From the NCBI GenBank assembly GCA_038206105.1, contig JBBRBF010000004.1:8053-72052 (forward strand): DNA of 64,000 nucleotides, in the 5' to 3' direction. The notes below the pieces were generated by a model. It ran no database searches, was not told the DNA's origin, and saw only the letters and a list, made by a program, of their open reading frames with translations. This DNA comes from Actinomycetales bacterium. Lineage in GTDB: Bacteria > Actinomycetota > Actinomycetes > Actinomycetales > JBBRBF01. Shown here piece after piece: positions 59,870 through 64,000 of this stretch. The position numbers were made by a program, and so were the translations under genes. Each line of letters begins with the position of its first letter. Position 1 is the stretch's first letter.

Positions 59870-60520
59870 GTGGCCGACGGCTCCACCGTGACCGTCGAGC
59901 ACCTGGCCGCCTGGCTGCGGGACTTCGCCACCCGGGTGAGCGAGAACAGGACCCGGCTGACCGACCTGGACTCCGCCATCGGCGACGCCGACCACGGCGC
60001 CAACATGGACCGTGGCATGAGCGCCGTCGTCGCCGGGCTCGACGGCACCGCCGCCGCGGCAGGCCCGCTGCTGAAGGGTGCCGGCATGGCACTGGTGAGC
60101 AAGGTCGGGGGAGCCAGCGGCCCGCTCTACGGCACCTTCTTCCTGCGGATGGCGACGGCTGCCGGTGACGCGGAGTCCCTCGACCCGGTGGCCTTCGCGG
60201 CCGCGTTCCGGGCCGGGCTGGACGGCGTGGTGTCCCGCGGCAAGGCCGGGCCGGGCGACAAGACGATGGTCGACGCGCTGACCCCGGCGGCGGACGCGCT
60301 CGACGCGGCCCTCGCCGACGGCGGCGACCTCGCGGCAGGGTTGCGGTCCGCGGCGCAGGCGGCCGAGGCCGGACGCGACGCGACGACGCCGATGCAGGCC
60401 CGCAAGGGACGGGCGAGCTACCTGGGCGAGCGCAGCGTCGGCCACCAGGATCCCGGCGCCACGTCCGCCGCGCTGCTGGTGACGGCCGCGTCGGACACCC
60501 TCGCCGGCTCCCCGGCGTAG
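59870..60520 (+). CDS. dhaL: Dihydroxyacetone kinase subunit DhaL
   Basis: LDSAIGDADHGANM and GGASGPLYGTFF blocks. Confidence 0.9.
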   Translation: MADGSTVTVEHLAAWLRDFATRVSENRTRLTDLDSAIGDADHGANMDRGMSAVVAGLDGTAAAAGPLLKGAGMALVSKVGGASGPLYGTFFLRMATAAGDAESLDPVAFAAAFRAGLDGVVSRGKAGPGDKTMVDALTPAADALDAALADGGDLAAGLRSAAQAAEAGRDATTPMQARKGRASYLGERSVGHQDPGATSAALLVTAASDTLAGSPA

Positions 60521-60529
60521 GGCCGCGCC

Positions 60530-63034
60530 GTGGTCGGGATCGTCGTCGTCTCGCACAGCCGCGCCCTCGCCGGGGCCGCGGTGGCACTTGCGGCCGAGAT
60601 GGTGCACGGCCAGGACGTGCGGATCGAGGTCGCGGCCGGCCTGGACGACGGCTCCTTCGGCACCGACGCCGTTGCCGTCGCCGACGCGGTCGCGCGTGCG
60701 GACGACGACTCCGGCGTCGTCGTCCTGATGGACCTCGGCAGTGCCGTGCTGTCCACCGAGACGGCGCTGGAGCTGCTGGACGACGACGTCCGCGACCGGG
60801 TCGTGCTCTGCGCCGCGCCGCTCGTCGAGGGTCTGGTGGTCGCGGTGGTCGCGGCGGCCGGTGGCGCGGACCGGAACGAGGTCGCCGCGGAGGCCGCGGA
60901 CGCGTTGGCGGCCAAGCAGTCCCAGCTCGGCCTCGGCGAGCCCGCCGCGGTCGCGACCGAGATAGCAGCGCCCGCGCCATCGGCGCCGCCGCGGCCGGGC
61001 GCCGACGACGGGCAGGTCGTCGCCACCTTCAGCGTGGGTGCTCCGCACGGCCTGCACGCCCGACCCGCCGCGCTCCTGGTCCAGGCGGTACGGGGTCACG
61101 ACGTGACGGTGGAGCTGCGCAACCTCACCACCGGCGCCGGTCCCGTGCCGGCGGCGAGCCTGTCGCGCGTCGCGACGCTGGGTGCACTGCGAGGCCACGA
61201 GGTCGAGGTCCGCGCGACGGGAGAGCAGGCCCGCGAGGTGGTCGACGACGTCCTCGCCCTCGCCGCCGACGGCTTCGGCGAGGGCGCGGCGACGGCAGCC
61301 GCGACCGCGCCGGAACCGGCAGCTGCCGTGGAACCGGCGGCGATCCCGGAGAACGCGGAGCCGGTGGCCGCGTCGCCGGGGATCGGGATCGGGCCGGCGT
61401 TCGCGCTGCGGCAGACGGTTCCGGTCGTCACCGAGCACGACGTCCCCCGGGGGGACCCCGAGGGAGAGTGGCGCGCGGTGTCCGAGGCGGTCGACGCCGT
61501 CCGCACGGAGGTGGCCCGGGTGCGAGCCACGACTGCCCGCGACGTCGGAGGGCAGGAGGCAGCGGTCTTCGACGCGCACCTGCTGCTGCTGGAGGACCCC
61601 GAGCTGCTCGACGACGTCCGGGCCAGGATCGGTGCGGGCAGCTCCGCCGCCGCCGCCTGGGACGGCGCCGCCACGGAGGTGCGCGACGGCTTCGCCGCGC
61701 TGGCCGACCCGTACCTGCAGGCCCGCGCCGCCGACGTCGACGCCGTGGCGGGGCAGGTGCTCCGGATGCTCCTCGGCGCCGCCGACGCCTCGGCGGAGGG
61801 CGTCGCCGGTGTCGTGATCGCGGCCGACCTGACCCCTGCCCAGGCGGCGGGGCTCGACCCCGAGCTCGTCGTCGGCGTCGTGCTCGCCGGGGGGAGCCCG
61901 ACCGCGCACAGCGCGATCCTCGTTCGGGCGCGGGGCATCCCGGCGGTGGTGGGTGCCGGGCCCGACGTCCTCGACGTCGCCCCGGGCACCGTCGTGGCCG
62001 TCGACGGGACCCGCGGCGAGATCGTCGTCGACCCCGCGCCCGCCGTCCTCGCCGGCCTCCGCCAGCGCGCCGCGGACCTCGGCCGCCGCCGCGTGGCGGC
62101 CCTGTCCCGTGCGAGCGAGCCGGCGACCACGCGGGACGGGGTGAGGGTCCTGGTCGGCGCGAACGTGGGCTCGGTCGACGACGCCCGGGCCGCCGCCGCC
62201 GCGGGCGCCGACCTCGCCGGCCTCGTGCGCACCGAGTTCCTGTTCCTCGGCCGGGACCAGGCGCCGGGTGTCGAGGAGCAGGTCGCCACCTACCGCGAGA
62301 TCGCAGCCGCACTGGGGGGTCGCCGGATCACGCTGCGGACGCTGGACGTCGGCGGCGACAAGCCCCTGGGCTACCTGCCGGTCGCGCCCGAGGCCAACCC
62401 GTTCCTCGGCGTCCGGGGGGTGCGCCTGTCGCTCGCCCGACCGCAGGTGCTCGCCGACCAGCTCCTGGCCGTCGCGCGGGTGGCGCGCGAGGTACCGGTC
62501 AACCTGATGTTCCCGATGGTCACCACCGTCGAGGAGCTCGCCGCGGTACGCGCCCTGGTCGACGAGGCCCTGGCGCGCGACGGCGGTGCCCCGGCGCCGG
62601 ACCTGCGCATCGGCATCATGGTCGAGGTCCCGGCGGCGGCGCTGAAAGCGGCGCGGTTCGCCCCGCACGTCGACTTCCTCAGCATCGGCACCAACGACCT
62701 CACCCAGTACGCGATGGCGGCCGAGCGCGGCAACGACGCCCTGACGCGGCTCGCCGACCCGCTGGACCCCGGCGTGCTGCGCCTGGTGGACGCGGTCTGC
62801 CGGGGCGCCGGTGACGACGCGCTCGTCGCGGTCTGCGGCGAGGTCGCGGCCGACGAGGCGGCGGCTGCGCTGCTCGTGGGTCTCGGCGTCCGCGAGCTCA
62901 GTGTCTCGCCCCCGGCCGTCCCGGGAGTGAAGGAGGCCGTGCGCGCCTGTGACGTCGCCGCAGCCGCGGAGCTGGCCTCCAGAGCCCTGGACGCCGAGGG
63001 GGCGGGCGACGTCCGGGCGATGCTGCACGGGTAG
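60530..63034 (+). CDS. dhaM: DhaM-type phosphotransferase fused to HPr and a full-length PEP-protein phosphotransferase (EI)
   Basis: N-terminal EIIA-Man-like VGIVVVSHS. HPr-like GLHARPAA. EI blocks GGSPTAHSAILVRARGIPAVVG, LRTLDVGGDKP, FLSIGTNDLTQY. Confidence 0.85.
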   Translation: MVGIVVVSHSRALAGAAVALAAEMVHGQDVRIEVAAGLDDGSFGTDAVAVADAVARADDDSGVVVLMDLGSAVLSTETALELLDDDVRDRVVLCAAPLVEGLVVAVVAAAGGADRNEVAAEAADALAAKQSQLGLGEPAAVATEIAAPAPSAPPRPGADDGQVVATFSVGAPHGLHARPAALLVQAVRGHDVTVELRNLTTGAGPVPAASLSRVATLGALRGHEVEVRATGEQAREVVDDVLALAADGFGEGAATAAATAPEPAAAVEPAAIPENAEPVAASPGIGIGPAFALRQTVPVVTEHDVPRGDPEGEWRAVSEAVDAVRTEVARVRATTARDVGGQEAAVFDAHLLLLEDPELLDDVRARIGAGSSAAAAWDGAATEVRDGFAALADPYLQARAADVDAVAGQVLRMLLGAADASAEGVAGVVIAADLTPAQAAGLDPELVVGVVLAGGSPTAHSAILVRARGIPAVVGAGPDVLDVAPGTVVAVDGTRGEIVVDPAPAVLAGLRQRAADLGRRRVAALSRASEPATTRDGVRVLVGANVGSVDDARAAAAAGADLAGLVRTEFLFLGRDQAPGVEEQVATYREIAAALGGRRITLRTLDVGGDKPLGYLPVAPEANPFLGVRGVRLSLARPQVLADQLLAVARVAREVPVNLMFPMVTTVEELAAVRALVDEALARDGGAPAPDLRIGIMVEVPAAALKAARFAPHVDFLSIGTNDLTQYAMAAERGNDALTRLADPLDPGVLRLVDAVCRGAGDDALVAVCGEVAADEAAAALLVGLGVRELSVSPPAVPGVKEAVRACDVAAAAELASRALDAEGAGDVRAMLHG

Positions 63035-63170
63035 CGCCCGGACCGGTCGGCCGCGGGCGCCTCGGGTGTATCCGGCGTCCCCGAGCCCGCTCCGAACAGG
63101 TAACCGCCAGGGCGGAGGCGCCGTGCCGGCGCGGTCCGTCACCTGGGGGACCGCCGTGGAGGAGGTCGCC

Positions 63171-64000
63171 GTGCCCGTGGTCACGGATGCTCCACCGCCG
63201 TCGGTGGCGGCCGACCTCGCAGGTCTGCGCGACGCCCTGGACGCCGCGGTGCCGGCCAAGGTCGTGGACCGCAACCTGCTCGTGGGCACCTGGAACCTCC
63301 GCGCCTTCGGCGACCTCACCGAGCAGTGGTCCTCGTCCCCGCGCGACAGCCCCAAGCGAGACCTCGCCTCGCTGCGGTGCATCGCCGAGATCCTCCGGCG
63401 CTTCGACGTCGTGGCCGTGCAGGAGGTGCGTGGCAACCTCAAGTCCCTGCGCCACACCCTGCGGGTGCTCGGGCCCGACTGGGGCGTCATCCTCACCGAC
63501 GTCACCCGGGGGGACCAGGGCAACGGCGAGCGGCTCGCGTTCCTGTTCGACTCCCGGCGCGTGAAGCCGTCCGGGCTGGCGTGCGAGCTGGTGCTGCCGG
63601 AGCAGGACGGCGAGCCGGTGCGCCAGTTCGCCCGCACGCCGTACGCCGTGAGCTTCAGCGCCGGCGCCGAGACCTTCGTGCTCGTCACGCTGCACGTGCG
63701 CTACGGCACCGGGCCGCAGGACCGCGTCGACGAGCTGGACGCCGTCGCACACTGGCTAGCGGACTGGGCACGACGCGAGAAGCAGTGGGGCCACAACCTG
63801 CTGGCCCTCGGCGACTTCAACATCGACCGTGCCGGCGACCCCCTGTTCGAGGCGTTCACCTCGACCGGCCTCGCGCCCCCGCCGGAGCTGGACGCGGTAC
63901 CCCGGACGATCTTCAGCACCGGCGGCGGGAAGTTCTACGACCAGGTCGCGTGGTTCACCGGCGACAGCGGCGTCCCCGCGATCAGCATGCGGTACACCGG
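63171..64000 (+). CDS. Endonuclease/exonuclease/phosphatase (EEP) family protein, 3' end outside window
   Basis: Not in the ORF track because it runs off the window. GTG 63171 with GGAGGAGG RBS and no stop to 64000. EEP blocks GTWNLRAFG, VVAVQEV, LGDFNIDR. Confidence 0.7.
   Translation, partial: MPVVTDAPPPSVAADLAGLRDALDAAVPAKVVDRNLLVGTWNLRAFGDLTEQWSSSPRDSPKRDLASLRCIAEILRRFDVVAVQEVRGNLKSLRHTLRVLGPDWGVILTDVTRGDQGNGERLAFLFDSRRVKPSGLACELVLPEQDGEPVRQFARTPYAVSFSAGAETFVLVTLHVRYGTGPQDRVDELDAVAHWLADWARREKQWGHNLLALGDFNIDRAGDPLFEAFTSTGLAPPPELDAVPRTIFSTGGGKFYDQVAWFTGDSGVPAISMRYT

Noticed and set aside
59837-63688. A 1283-aa minus-strand ORF (and similar giants such as 8879..11512, 909..2006, 434..1567, 4220..5791)
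   Set aside because: These are antisense to well-supported genes (dhaL/dhaM, disA and others). Their translations are R/P/G/A-rich with no domain signatures, which is typical of stop-codon-poor frames in high-GC DNA.

Overview
This is a very high-GC (by eye >70%) actinobacterial chromosome segment. I saw no rRNA, tRNA, CRISPR array, transposase or integrase. A conserved housekeeping backbone is recognisable. It runs radA-disA ... mutY on the plus strand. On the minus strand it continues with clpC, lsr2, lysS, panC, the folK-folB-folP-folE-ftsH operon, hpt, tilS, a zinc metalloprotease and dacB, with ppa divergent from dacB. Three accessory blocks interrupt this backbone. Block 1 (about 4.4-25.4 kb) holds an envelope-glycosylation locus headed by an SQD1/SqdB-type UDP-sulfoquinovose synthase. 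That locus also has a GalE-like epimerase, a GT2 fused to a stripped GT-C-like membrane module, two GT-C-like polytopic proteins, a GtrA-like protein and a methyltransferase. Block 1 also holds a five-gene translationally coupled operon (hydrolase, WS/DGAT, isochorismatase-like, short NAGS-like GNAT, voltage-sensor channel), an intergenic array of four 32-bp tandem repeats, an EamA/SDR pair, remnants of LVIVD and DUF305 genes, and a DUF4331 operon. Block 2 (about 32.6-41.5 kb) holds a methyltransferase, a DDAH-like enzyme with a divergent Lrp regulator, a PH-domain pair, DUF1684 and an Opu-type betaine ABC system. Block 3 (about 51.6-64 kb) holds an oxidoreductase, an MFS transporter, a gamma-carbonic anhydrase, a cluster of decayed genes, an aldo-keto reductase, dhaKL plus a DhaM-HPr-EI fusion, and an EEP-family gene running off the window. 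The two most striking items are the sulfoquinovose-type lipid-carrier glycosylation locus and a dispersed C-rich/GGTGATCA motif family that culminates in the 32-bp repeat array. Most long ORFs in the six-frame track are GC-driven antisense or out-of-frame artefacts. Many real genes start at GTG inside those ORFs, often with 4-nt GTGA stop/start overlaps. All family calls come from reading the translations, with no database search.
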